A DNA stretch of 64,000 bases from positions 210,413 through 274,412 of the forward strand of contig CALXPN010000001.1 of NCBI GenBank assembly GCA_944390285.1, read 5' to 3'. Each line of letters starts with the position of its first letter. Positions within the stretch are counted from its first letter, which is position 1. The notes beneath the pieces are model-generated. The model had not been told where the DNA came from and did no database searches. It saw only the letters and a program-made list of their open reading frames with translations. The position numbers and the translations under genes are program-made. This stretch comes from an uncultured Clostridia bacterium. Its GTDB lineage: Bacteria > Bacillota > Clostridia > TANB77 > CAG-508. This document shows, piece by piece, positions 1 through 9,623 of this stretch.

Positions 1-57
1 TTGCATGAACTATTAATTATTGTAATAAAAATGATATATAAATTTTGTGAATAGATA

Positions 58-86
58 TTGATTTATTAAATATAATAATATATAAT
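58..86 (+). promoter_or_regulatory. candidate sigma-A-type promoter for tRNA-Asn
   Basis: TTGATT (58-63), 17-nt spacer, TATAAT (81-86), about 38 nt upstream of the tRNA. Chance matches are common in such AT-rich DNA. Confidence 0.4.
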
Positions 87-123
87 ATTTTTGTTGTTAG
101 AAATATATTTCTAACACTAATAT

Positions 124-199
124 TCCTCTTTAGCTCAGTTGGTAGAGCGCTCGGCTGTTAACCGATAGGTCGTTGGTTCGAGTCCAACAAGAGGAGCCA
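124..199 (+). tRNA. tRNA-Asn (anticodon GTT)
   Basis: 76-nt cloverleaf. Acceptor TCCTCTT/AAGAGGA, D-arm GCTC-AGTTGGTA-GAGC, anticodon loop CTGTTAA, T-arm GTTGG-TTCGAGT-CCAAC, discriminator G and encoded CCA. Confidence 0.95.
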
Positions 200-227
200 A
201 AAGCAATCTAAAAGGATTGCTTTTTTT
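200..227 (+). terminator. rho-independent terminator after tRNA-Asn
   Basis: Stem AAGCAATC/GATTGCTT with a 6-nt loop, followed by a T-run. Confidence 0.85.
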
Positions 228-299
228 ATGTAAAATTTTATTTTCATAACTACTTGTCTTATGTTATAATTATTATGATTTATAATAAGGAGAAATATC

Positions 300-2033
300 A
301 TGCAAGAAACTATAAGAAATATTAAAAAAGTATATCAATATGGTAGAGCTTATAAAAAGAACTTAATAATGCTAGTTATTGCTTGTATTAGTGGTACAAT
401 AGTTGGTGTAATAATTCCACTTCTTACAGCTAGACAAATCGTTTATTTTACATCAAATATGTGGATTCAACTTTTAAGTATGAGTTTAATCATTTTTTTA
501 GCAGAAGCTTATAAATCCTTTGCTGCATATTTTTTTACTAGAAAAAATAATCAACATTTTACTAGAAATACAATGAAAAATCTTCAAGTAGCATTAGGAG
601 ATGAAATTTTAAAAATTTCCCAAAAAGAATTAGATACTAATTCTTCTGGAATGTTTATTCAGAGAATCACAAATGACACTTTGAAAATGACTGCTTTTTT
701 CTGGGATTCTCTAAATTGTTTAATGAGAATTTTTACTAATATTGGTGCATTATTTGCAACATTCATTATAAATAAACCAGTATTTTTATATTATTTATTT
801 GTAACAATTGTATTAACTTACCTTCATTTAGTCAAAACAAAAAAATTTGGAAATAAGGATATTGAATTTAGAAATAAAACAGAAAAAGTATCTAGTTTAA
901 CAGGTGAACTTGTTAGAGGTGTTAGAGATATAAAAATGCTAAATGCTAAAAATAATTTTATGTCAATTTTAGAAGATAATATAGATACTCAAAATCAAAA
1001 AAGAATTGAAATGTCTGAAATCAATGGTAAATATACATTTGGGATAGAATTCTTAAGAGCTGTATTCGAATTTGGATTAGTTGTTCTTTTAATATTTTTA
1101 ATACAAAATCAAGGTTTACAAATGGCTCTTGCAATTGCTCTTTTCAACTATAAATCTGGTATTATGAATGTAATTATGGAAAAATTTTCTGCTTTTATGC
1201 AACTTATAAAAGATTTTAATATTTCTTGTAATAGAGTTTTTAGTATATTAGATAATACAACATTCGAAAAAGAAACATTTGGGAACAAAAATTTAGAAAC
1301 CTTAAAAGGCAACTTAGAATTTAAAAATGTTAACTTTGAATACATAAAAGACAATCCTGTTTTAAAAGATTTAAGTTTTAAAATACAAGCAGGAGAAATG
1401 ATTGGTTTTGTTGGAAAAAGTGGTGCTGGCAAAACAACTATATTTAATCTTATTTGCAAAATGTATAACATTAAATCTGGTAAAATTTTAATTGAAAATA
1501 TAGATATTAATGAATTAGATGAACCATCAATAAGAAAAAATATAACTATCATTAGTCAAAATCCATATATATTCAATTTGAGTATTCGTGATAATTTAAA
1601 ATTAGTAAAAGATGATCTAACTGATGAACAAATGCATGAAGCTTGCAGAATTGCTTGTTTGGAAGATTTTATAAATACTCTACCAAATAAATATGATACC
1701 ATTTTAGGTGAAGGTGGTGTCATTCTATCTGGCGGTCAAAAACAAAGACTTGCAATTGCAAGAGCTTTCGTTCAAAAAACTAAAATAATATTATTTGACG
1801 AATCTACAAGTAATTTGGATAATGAAACTCAAAGTGAAATTCAAAAAGCAATTAATAATTTAAAAGAAAAATCTACAATTTTAATCATAGCTCACAGATT
1901 ATCAACAATTATTAATTGTGATAAAATTTTATTGCTTGAAAATGGTAAAATTGTAGATCAAGGTACTCATGAAGAATTATTAAATAGAAATATTTCATAT
2001 CAAACTTTATATAAGACTGAAATACTTGAATAA
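300..2033 (+). CDS. ABC exporter, fused permease/ATP-binding protein (type 1, MsbA-like)
   Basis: N-terminal multi-TM domain. Walker A GKSGAGKTT, signature LSGGQKQR, Walker B ILFDEST. RBS AAGGAGA precedes the ATG. Confidence 0.9.
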   Translation: MQETIRNIKKVYQYGRAYKKNLIMLVIACISGTIVGVIIPLLTARQIVYFTSNMWIQLLSMSLIIFLAEAYKSFAAYFFTRKNNQHFTRNTMKNLQVALGDEILKISQKELDTNSSGMFIQRITNDTLKMTAFFWDSLNCLMRIFTNIGALFATFIINKPVFLYYLFVTIVLTYLHLVKTKKFGNKDIEFRNKTEKVSSLTGELVRGVRDIKMLNAKNNFMSILEDNIDTQNQKRIEMSEINGKYTFGIEFLRAVFEFGLVVLLIFLIQNQGLQMALAIALFNYKSGIMNVIMEKFSAFMQLIKDFNISCNRVFSILDNTTFEKETFGNKNLETLKGNLEFKNVNFEYIKDNPVLKDLSFKIQAGEMIGFVGKSGAGKTTIFNLICKMYNIKSGKILIENIDINELDEPSIRKNITIISQNPYIFNLSIRDNLKLVKDDLTDEQMHEACRIACLEDFINTLPNKYDTILGEGGVILSGGQKQRLAIARAFVQKTKIILFDESTSNLDNETQSEIQKAINNLKEKSTILIIAHRLSTIINCDKILLLENGKIVDQGTHEELLNRNISYQTLYKTEILE

Positions 2034-2921
2034 TTATATTAATTTTACTTTATCTATCCATGAGTCTATTAAACTTTTTTCAACTTTTATATTATTATTT
2101 CTACCTGTTCCTAAATTTATATCTGGCTTGTTTTTTGCATGATAATCACTTCCACCAGACATAAACTTATTGTATTTCTTACAAAATCTCATTGCCTTTT
2201 TTCTTTCTTCTTCACTAAATTCTGTATAAACACATTCCATTCCATCTATATTTGTAGTACTTAGAATTTCTTCAATAATTTTATCCTTATCGTCAAAAGG
2301 ATAAATATATCCATGGGCTAAAAAAGCCAAACCACCTGCTTCATGAATTCTAGAAATTGTTTCATCTATATCTATTGAAGCATAAGTTTCATCAACATAA
2401 AAAGGACTATTTTTATTACTTTGATGAACTCTATAAAAACTTGTTGGCACAAATTCTCCTATTTCTTTAATTTTTTTTAAATTCTCTTTATGTTTCAAAA
2501 GCTCTGTTCCAATAGTAAATGACCCAAATCTTTTTGTAGGATCATTTTCATCTATATAAACATTTTTTTCATCATATATTAAACCTAGATTCCTTGCAAC
2601 TTTTTTTAATTTTTCTAATACTTCTTTTTGAAGTTCTTTCATGTTTATTTTATGGATTCTTAATTTTTTATAATCTATTCCATAAGCTAAAATTTCTATT
2701 GGTACTCTATTCCAAACTGTTTTTAATTCTGCTCCTATTATAATCTTGCCACTATATAAATTTCTAAGTTTTTTATCTTTTTCAAGTTCAAAATATGAAC
2801 CTACTTCATCATGATCAGTAATAGAAATAACTTCTAATTGTTTATCCTCTGCTTTCTTTAAAAGTTCTTCTACTGAATCTGTTCCATCAGAATAAATTGT
2901 ATGAATATGTAAATCTATCAT
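2034..2921 (-). CDS. PHP-domain metal-dependent phosphoesterase
   Basis: N-terminal DLHIHTIYSDG motif typical of the PHP (polymerase/histidinol phosphatase) fold; further His/Asp residues near the C-terminus (GGSDYH). Confidence 0.75.
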   Translation of the reverse strand: MIDLHIHTIYSDGTDSVEELLKKAEDKQLEVISITDHDEVGSYFELEKDKKLRNLYSGKIIIGAELKTVWNRVPIEILAYGIDYKKLRIHKINMKELQKEVLEKLKKVARNLGLIYDEKNVYIDENDPTKRFGSFTIGTELLKHKENLKKIKEIGEFVPTSFYRVHQSNKNSPFYVDETYASIDIDETISRIHEAGGLAFLAHGYIYPFDDKDKIIEEILSTTNIDGMECVYTEFSEEERKKAMRFCKKYNKFMSGGSDYHAKNKPDINLGTGRNNNIKVEKSLIDSWIDKVKLI

Positions 2922-2929
2922 AATTTCTC

Positions 2930-4351
2930 CTATTTTTTATTTTTAGCATCTTCTTCTAGTAATTTATCAATCAAACCACAACATTCTCTACCTTCACCAC
3001 AGAATCTGTCTGTAACACAAGTTGAACCTAATCCCTTTCCTATAAGTGGTGCAACTTCTGATACTTGTTTTGCAATATCTTTTGCAATAAATCTTATTTG
3101 CCATTGTGCTTTATTACAACAACGCATTCTACATACCCATTGTATATTTCTAGCATTCATTGTTGTTACAACATTTAGCATTTGATTTCCTAAATAAAAA
3201 TATACTAAATCAGCTTCTTTAACACCTAACTTTTTAAATTTTTCTTTGACCTCTATATTTTTCTTAACTGCTTTCTCATATACATCATTTGCCTTAGCTT
3301 TTACTGTCACTGGTGTAATGTAATTATTCATATTCCACATAGGTAAAAATTCTGGTACTAATAATGCATGCATTCTGTGCCTTGTTAGATGTGTAAGAAT
3401 AGATAAAGAAATTGGAATTTGAAAACTAAAAGAAACTTGCTCAAGTTCTCTTCTAGATTCTTTATGCATAATTTCATACATCATCTTTTCTTTAGCTTTT
3501 TCATCTTTTTTTACTAATTTCTCTAAAATATTTTTAGCTGTTTCTTTTGAACATTGATAATGATACATTATCGCATTTTCAAGCACAACATCATCACTAT
3601 TTGGTGTATAACTTAATAATTTTGTTTTGTCTAAAATTTTTATCTCTGGTCTTGTGCTAACACTTTCTAAATATTCAAAACCAGAATTATAGTTTTCTTC
3701 TTGTTTTTTTATATTTGGAACTAAATATGGTACATTTTCTTTTACTATATTGTATAATTCTTCACCAACTTCTTTTAAATCCGGAATTTGACTTACAAAA
3801 CCATATTTTAGGTCTATAATCATTTTTTCAAGTCCTCTTGCATCTACACCCATAATAAAATTACTATGATAACTATATGGAAGTATAAATCTCGCATCTT
3901 CTATATCTACACCTTTATCTACAATTTCTCCATATGTATTAAATAACATTTTCATATGTTCTTTATATTCTTTTTTTAATTCTTCATTTTTTTCATGAAT
4001 TTCACCTGACTCATTTCTAAATTCCGGAACATAAAAACCAGCTTTTCTAAAATCTACTTCTCTTCTTGATTTTACTGTAAAAGAAGTTAATCTATATCCT
4101 ATTAATGTTTGTTCAACTATTGGTGTTACATCACACAAAGCAAAAACTAAATAATCATGTTCAATAATTGATTTATGTCCCATTTTTATAATTCTTTTAA
4201 TTAATTTTAAATTACTCTCATAATCGTTACAGCTTTCTAAAACTTCAATTACATTACCAGGAAATCTTGATAACTTTCCAGCAGCTGCTACATTTTGAAT
4301 TCTTTTTTCTAATTCATCTTTTTTACATCCACCTAATAATTCTATTTTCAT
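2930..4351 (-). CDS. tandem-domain ThyX (Thy1) family protein with Cys-rich C-terminus
   Basis: First half has GHKSIIEH...YRLTSFTVKSRR, a degenerate ThyX RHR..S..S.R motif. Second half has LTRHRMHALL. The 473-aa length fits two Thy1 domains. The tail contains CRMRCC and CGEGRECC clusters. Confidence 0.6.
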   Translation of the reverse strand: MKIELLGGCKKDELEKRIQNVAAAGKLSRFPGNVIEVLESCNDYESNLKLIKRIIKMGHKSIIEHDYLVFALCDVTPIVEQTLIGYRLTSFTVKSRREVDFRKAGFYVPEFRNESGEIHEKNEELKKEYKEHMKMLFNTYGEIVDKGVDIEDARFILPYSYHSNFIMGVDARGLEKMIIDLKYGFVSQIPDLKEVGEELYNIVKENVPYLVPNIKKQEENYNSGFEYLESVSTRPEIKILDKTKLLSYTPNSDDVVLENAIMYHYQCSKETAKNILEKLVKKDEKAKEKMMYEIMHKESRRELEQVSFSFQIPISLSILTHLTRHRMHALLVPEFLPMWNMNNYITPVTVKAKANDVYEKAVKKNIEVKEKFKKLGVKEADLVYFYLGNQMLNVVTTMNARNIQWVCRMRCCNKAQWQIRFIAKDIAKQVSEVAPLIGKGLGSTCVTDRFCGEGRECCGLIDKLLEEDAKNKK

Positions 4352-4483
4352 TTTATCTTTCCTTTCATATTTTTATTATCTTTTTATTTTATATCATAAT
4401 TAATTTGTTTCTTCAATAATTTTCATTTATTTGCTACAAAATTAATAAAAGACAACTTTTTTTTAAGTTGTCTTAATTTAAAA

Positions 4484-5077
4484 TTATTCATCTTCTTCTC
4501 CAAAATATTCATCTAAATCTTCTGTTTTTTCATTTACATCTTCTTTCTTGATTCTTCTATTTTTAGCTCTATTATTTAAAATAGGAGTTTTTATTTTAGT
4601 TTTTTTGTCTTTACTTTCTTCATTATTATTTTCAGTATTTGCTTTATCTTCAGAAGTATTTGATGTATTGTCAAGTGTTTTATCAACTATTACATTAGCT
4701 TTTTCCATTAAATCTGGTACATAATCCATAAGTTTATCTATTGCAGATGTATGTTCTATTGGTAATACTTTTATTGAGTCACGAGATACGACAACAAAAG
4801 CTACTGGATTAATAGAAATTCCAGCTCCACTACCACCACCAAAAGGCAATCTATATTGAACTTCTTCTTCTTTTTCTCTTCTTTTGTATTCATCTATTGT
4901 CTCACCTTTAAACTCACTTCCACCTGCTGCAAATCCAAAAGATACTTTTGAAATTGGTATAATAACCATTCCATTTTTAGTTTCTATTGGTTCTCCAATT
5001 ATAGTATTTACGTCAACCATGTCTTTAATACTATTCATAGCTGTTTCCATAAGGACTTCTATTGGATGTTCACTCAT
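4484..5077 (-). CDS. ytfJ: sporulation protein YtfJ / GerW family, with charged C-terminal extension
   Basis: N-terminal NTIIGEPIETKNGMVIIPISKVSFGFAAGGSEF is the characteristic GerW/YtfJ core. The last ~60 aa form a low-complexity K/E/N-rich tail. Confidence 0.8.
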   Translation of the reverse strand: MSEHPIEVLMETAMNSIKDMVDVNTIIGEPIETKNGMVIIPISKVSFGFAAGGSEFKGETIDEYKRREKEEEVQYRLPFGGGSGAGISINPVAFVVVSRDSIKVLPIEHTSAIDKLMDYVPDLMEKANVIVDKTLDNTSNTSEDKANTENNNEESKDKKTKIKTPILNNRAKNRRIKKEDVNEKTEDLDEYFGEEDE

Positions 5078-5149
5078 AATTTTTCCCTCTTTTCTTCAAA
5101 CTATTTTATAGTATTATCTCCAGTATATATCATATTATACAATTTTATT

Positions 5150-6787
5150 TTAATAAATTTTCCCAAAAACTTCATATTCTTTATTTTTAATAAATTTATT
5201 AATTATAATATTTACTAAAATTAAACATAAAAATAAAATAGATAAAAATATAATTTTATTTATCAATATTTTACTTATAATAAATAGTAAAATCCCAACT
5301 ATTAATGTATAAAAAAGCTCATACATTACATTAGTATTTTGTTTCATCATAGTATATTCTGTATCCCAATCTAATTTTGGCTTATTTAAATCTACAATCA
5401 ATTTAAATTTTTCTCCTATTAAATTCACAAAAAACAATTCTAAAAATATTATAAAACTAAATATTATACTAGATGTACACATATAATAAAAACAAACAAC
5501 AAAAAAACTTGCAATCATATTTATTAAGAATCCTATTAAAATTTTTAAATTAAATTGTTTATTAAGTGATATTGGAATATATTTTGTTATAATTGCATTA
5601 GTACTTTCTCTTGAAACAGAAATAATGGAACTAAAATTCATCATATAAAACACTTGCCCAACACCTATAAAAATAGCAAATCCATTTGTAGTCACAGATA
5701 TTTGATTTAATTTTTCCCATAAATTTAATCCCATAATTTCTGCAAATTTCACTAATCCTAAAACAATAATAAACATTGTTATAGGATAAACTACTGGCAT
5801 TATTATACATTCTATAAAAAATATTGGTGTTCTTATCATTGTCTTTAATTCTTTTTTTAAATATGCTTTATATTTATTTTGAATTTTAAAATCATTTAAA
5901 GTTAATTCTGCAGATGTTTTATTATTTTTTTTACTAGAATTAATTGATGCACCTATTGCTCCCTTTAAATATATTTTAGACATTATAAAAACACATATTA
6001 TATAACACAATAGATTTTCTAAAACATATATAACTAGATTTTCAAAACCTATTAAATTTTTGTAATTTAATAATATATTCATTATTGGTTTAATTAGTAT
6101 AAAATAATCTGCAATACTTTCTGCTAACCCATTTTCAATTAAAATAATCTCTCTGAAATTTAAACTAGAAATACTATTTTCATCACTAAAAAATGGCATA
6201 ATAATACTCATTAAAAATAATGCAATTATTATTGTTATATACATAGCTTTACTTTTGTTTTTAATAAAATTAGTAAATCTCATTATAACTGCTATTAAAA
6301 GTGATGTAATTAATATTGGAATAACTGGTATAAAAATTAAAATTACCAACATATATAAGTAAAATATATAATTTACTTTTGTTATTATTCCATATACTAT
6401 CATTGGAATAGCAAGCATTATTGTTTCCATTTGATATTCAGAAATAATCATATCTATAAACTTAGCATTTAAAATATCTTTACTTTTTATTGGCATTCTG
6501 AGCAAAACTCTTAAATCTTTTGAAAAATATAAAACATTCAAACTCTCAAAAATACTTTTTGTAAACAATATAAAAAAATTAATAAATAATAAAATATTTA
6601 CAAAGGCATATGTTTGATTAATTTCTATTAATCTTTTTGTAACTGTATAGCTAAAAAAAGACATCATACTTGTAAGAAATAAAAATACTATTGCAAAAGC
6701 TAAAATAGCCAAAACCTTTTCTCTTTTTGTTTTATATGTATCTAATCTTTTGGATTTTTTTAAAATTACATTTGTTAAAACATTCAT
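5150..6787 (-). CDS. polytopic membrane protein, putative ABC-2-type permease partner
   Basis: More than 10 hydrophobic segments. Lies 3 nt downstream of an ABC ATPase gene on the same strand. Confidence 0.6.
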   Translation of the reverse strand: MNVLTNVILKKSKRLDTYKTKREKVLAILAFAIVFLFLTSMMSFFSYTVTKRLIEINQTYAFVNILLFINFFILFTKSIFESLNVLYFSKDLRVLLRMPIKSKDILNAKFIDMIISEYQMETIMLAIPMIVYGIITKVNYIFYLYMLVILIFIPVIPILITSLLIAVIMRFTNFIKNKSKAMYITIIIALFLMSIIMPFFSDENSISSLNFREIILIENGLAESIADYFILIKPIMNILLNYKNLIGFENLVIYVLENLLCYIICVFIMSKIYLKGAIGASINSSKKNNKTSAELTLNDFKIQNKYKAYLKKELKTMIRTPIFFIECIIMPVVYPITMFIIVLGLVKFAEIMGLNLWEKLNQISVTTNGFAIFIGVGQVFYMMNFSSIISVSRESTNAIITKYIPISLNKQFNLKILIGFLINMIASFFVVCFYYMCTSSIIFSFIIFLELFFVNLIGEKFKLIVDLNKPKLDWDTEYTMMKQNTNVMYELFYTLIVGILLFIISKILINKIIFLSILFLCLILVNIIINKFIKNKEYEVFGKIY

Positions 6788-6790
6788 ATT

Positions 6791-7516
6791 TTATTTTCCT
6801 TCTATTATTTTTAAAAATGATTCTTCAAGAGAAGTATTAATCTTTACTTTTTCTTTTAATTCATCACATGTGCCTATAAAAATTATTTTTCCTTTATCTA
6901 TAACTGCTATTTTATCACAAATTTTTTCTGCAACTTCCAATACATGTGTAGAAAAGAAAACAGTATTTCCTTTTTTGCTATGCTCTTTCATGAGTTTTTT
7001 TAAAATATACGATGCCTTTGGATCAAGTCCTGTCATTGGTTCATCTAAAATCCAATTTTTGGGATTATGTAACAAAACACTTATTATAAGTAATTTTTGT
7101 TTCATTCCATGTGAATAACTTTGTATTCTATCTTTTAAGTTATCTATTATTCCAAATTCAGTTGCTAACTTCTTTACAATTTCTAATCTTTTTTCTGTAG
7201 GTACTTCATACATATCAGCAATAAAATTTAAATATTCTATACCTGTTAATTTTTCAAAAGCATCAGGAGTATCTGGTACAAATCCAAAATTCTTTTTCGC
7301 TTCTATTGGAGAATTTTTTATACTTTTTCCATCTATTAAAATATCCCCTTCATCTATATTTAAAATTCCAGTAATCATTTCTATTGTTGTAGTTTTTCCA
7401 GCTCCATTTGGTCCGATAAATCCAAATACTATTCCATCATCAATTTTTAAATTCATATTATCTATAGTTTTTACTTTATTCACATATGATTGACTAACAT
7501 TTTTTATTTCTATCAT
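6791..7516 (-). CDS. ABC transporter ATP-binding protein
   Basis: Walker A GPNGAGKTT, signature YSHGMKQKL, Walker B WILDEP. Confidence 0.9.
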   Translation of the reverse strand: MIEIKNVSQSYVNKVKTIDNMNLKIDDGIVFGFIGPNGAGKTTTIEMITGILNIDEGDILIDGKSIKNSPIEAKKNFGFVPDTPDAFEKLTGIEYLNFIADMYEVPTEKRLEIVKKLATEFGIIDNLKDRIQSYSHGMKQKLLIISVLLHNPKNWILDEPMTGLDPKASYILKKLMKEHSKKGNTVFFSTHVLEVAEKICDKIAVIDKGKIIFIGTCDELKEKVKINTSLEESFLKIIEGK

Positions 7517-7548
7517 ATATTTCTCACTATTCTCCTTTCTTATTTTAT

Positions 7549-8160
7549 TTATAAAATAAGATTTTTTAAATTTTTCAAAAAAATTATTAATTTTATTGTT
7601 TCAAATTCAAAATTTGTATCTAATTTTATATTAAATATGTTTCTTCCACTATATTCTGGTATTATTTTATAACTATACTTTTTTATATTATCATTATTTG
7701 TAGAATTTCTCAAGAAAAAAGTTATTATAGTAGAAATTAGTGGTATAGAAAAAATAGTTAGTACTTGGCTCATTGTTCCTAGTTTAAGAAATAAATTGCA
7801 CTTATTTACTTCCAATTTTAATGTTTGCATGTCTAATTTTCTTCTGTTTCTTAAAATTTTAAAAAATTTTTTATTTAAATTATTATAAGCATTTCTTGCA
7901 AATTTAAATTTTTTTATAAAACGATATTGTAATTTAAGTCCTAAAATCTGTAAATAATCTTTATAAAATTTAATTTTAACTATTTTTACTTTATTTAAAA
8001 CATATATATATATTAATATTTCCAAATCATTTACATATAATTTTTTATTATATGTAATATCAACCTTTTTTACATCAACATTGATTTTTGAAAATATTAA
8101 TCCAATTATAAATATTTGGATAAAAATAATAAATACTATAAAAATTAATAAAATAGCCAT
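7549..8160 (-). CDS. membrane-anchored hypothetical protein (possibly DUF2953/YtfI-like)
   Basis: N-terminal TM helix followed by a basic, K/N-rich body. The YtfI suggestion rests only on size, architecture and proximity to ytfJ. Confidence 0.3.
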   Translation of the reverse strand: MAILLIFIVFIIFIQIFIIGLIFSKINVDVKKVDITYNKKLYVNDLEILIYIYVLNKVKIVKIKFYKDYLQILGLKLQYRFIKKFKFARNAYNNLNKKFFKILRNRRKLDMQTLKLEVNKCNLFLKLGTMSQVLTIFSIPLISTIITFFLRNSTNNDNIKKYSYKIIPEYSGRNIFNIKLDTNFEFETIKLIIFLKNLKNLIL

Positions 8161-8242
8161 ACCCCTACCTACTAATTTATTATTATCTTTTTTTAGTAAA
8201 TTTATCCAAAAAAACTTATTATGTAAAAAACATAATAAGTTT

Positions 8243-9007
8243 TTAGTTATTATTTTCTTTTTTCTTTTTTGATATTATTATATCTCCAAAAATCTCTTTC
8301 TGCTCTGCTGTTATTTTATTTCTCCTACTCAATTCTAAAACTCCTGAAAAAGCTGTAACAACTTCTGCTTTTGGTTTTTCTTTTAGAGAAAATAATTTTC
8401 CAAAAACAAATCTCGGTTTTTTTACTAGTTCTCTAAAAATATCCTTAACTTTTTCTGATACAGAATATGTTTCATATACAGCTATTTTTTCAATATTTTT
8501 AGCGTTTTCGTTTTTCTTTTTCTCATTTTTTTCAATTAATAATTTATATCTTTCTACTATATCTTCTTTTGTAAAGTTTTTATCTAATTCTTGTTTTGGA
8601 AGCTCTATTTTATCTGGAAGTTTATACAGTCTTTTTGAGAATACTAGTATTCTTTCTTTAAACTGTTTACTAATTTCTTTATATTTTTTATATTCTAATA
8701 TCCTACGTAATAACTCTTCTTCTGTTATTTCTGCTTCATCTTCATTTTCTTTTGGCAGAAGGCCTTTTGATTTTACTAATAATAAAGTAGATGCCATCAC
8801 TAAAAATTCACTTGCTATTTCTAAATTTAATTCTTCATGTTTTTTCAGATAGTGTATATATTGGTCTGCAATATCTGAAATATTTACTTTATATATATCC
8901 ATCTTATTCTTATCAATCAAATAACATAATAAATCTAATGGTCCTTCAAAATTATCAAGTCTTAATTCATATTTTTTTGATTCTAGTGCTAATATTTTGT
9001 TATTCAT
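8243..9007 (-). CDS. scpA: segregation and condensation protein A
   Basis: LDNFEGPLDLLCYLIDKNKMDIYKVNISDIADQYIHYL is the conserved ScpA N-terminus; typical length. Confidence 0.85.
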   Translation of the reverse strand: MNNKILALESKKYELRLDNFEGPLDLLCYLIDKNKMDIYKVNISDIADQYIHYLKKHEELNLEIASEFLVMASTLLLVKSKGLLPKENEDEAEITEEELLRRILEYKKYKEISKQFKERILVFSKRLYKLPDKIELPKQELDKNFTKEDIVERYKLLIEKNEKKKNENAKNIEKIAVYETYSVSEKVKDIFRELVKKPRFVFGKLFSLKEKPKAEVVTAFSGVLELSRRNKITAEQKEIFGDIIISKKKKENNN

Positions 9008-9019
9008 ATTCTCCCTGCT

Positions 9020-9496
9020 TTACTTATCATTTATTTCATCAAAAGCTATATTTATTGTTTCTGTCATATATCCTTTTCTATACAAATAATTCTTTATTTC
9101 ATTTTCTTCTTGATTTTTTTGTTTTTTTAGTATAATAGCTTTTGCTGAAGCTATTTCATATTCTAACATATCACTTTTGTTTTTGCAAATATAATCATCT
9201 ATCAAATTTTTATTTATACCTTTTTGGCAAAGTTTGTACTCAACTTCTTTTATTGACATTTTTTTTAAAACTTTAAATTCTTTTATAGCTTTATTTATAT
9301 ATTCTTTATCATCTATATATTTCAATTCTTTAAAATATTCTATTGCATCTTCTACTTGATTTATATCTTCTAAAGAAAATTTTTGTCTTACTTCTTCTTC
9401 TGTTCTTTTTTTATACATAATATACTTTAAAATTTTATTTTTTAGTTTTTCAAATTTTTCAGCCTCTTCAAATTTTTCTTTACTCATGTATTCCAT
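9020..9496 (-). CDS. recX: recombination regulator RecX
   Basis: 158-aa helical-repeat protein directly downstream of recA; RecX-like repeats (YIDD..Y, YLYRKGY). Confidence 0.7.
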   Translation of the reverse strand: MEYMSKEKFEEAEKFEKLKNKILKYIMYKKRTEEEVRQKFSLEDINQVEDAIEYFKELKYIDDKEYINKAIKEFKVLKKMSIKEVEYKLCQKGINKNLIDDYICKNKSDMLEYEIASAKAIILKKQKNQEENEIKNYLYRKGYMTETINIAFDEINDK

Positions 9497-9583
9497 AAAA
9501 TCATTCCAATTCTTTATTTTTATTTTCTATAATAAAATTCTATTTCCATATTCCTTTCCTAGTTTTTTGAAAAATATTTTAAT

Positions 9584-9617
9584 AAAACATTAGACATTTA
9601 AAAATGCCTAATGTTTT
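9584..9617 (-). terminator. hairpin terminator downstream of recA
   Basis: AAAACATTAG/CTAATGTTTT stem followed by a T-rich tract on the minus strand. Confidence 0.65.
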
Positions 9618-9623
9618 ATCTTC

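Noticed and set aside
124-199. tRNA-Asn as an integration site for a mobile element
   Set aside because: No integrase, no duplicated tRNA 3' end and no island-like genes lie next to it. The defence island is about 51 kb away.
1148-1552. Antisense ORFs listed in the track inside larger genes (for example 1148-1552, 4884-5111, 6750-7118, 8791-9135, 14403-14705, 33642-33980, 36985-37320, 55374-55682, 61546-61788)
   Set aside because: They lie entirely or largely opposite well-supported genes, lack an RBS, and encode low-complexity F/L/I/S-rich peptides. These are typical of the antisense frame in AT-rich DNA.
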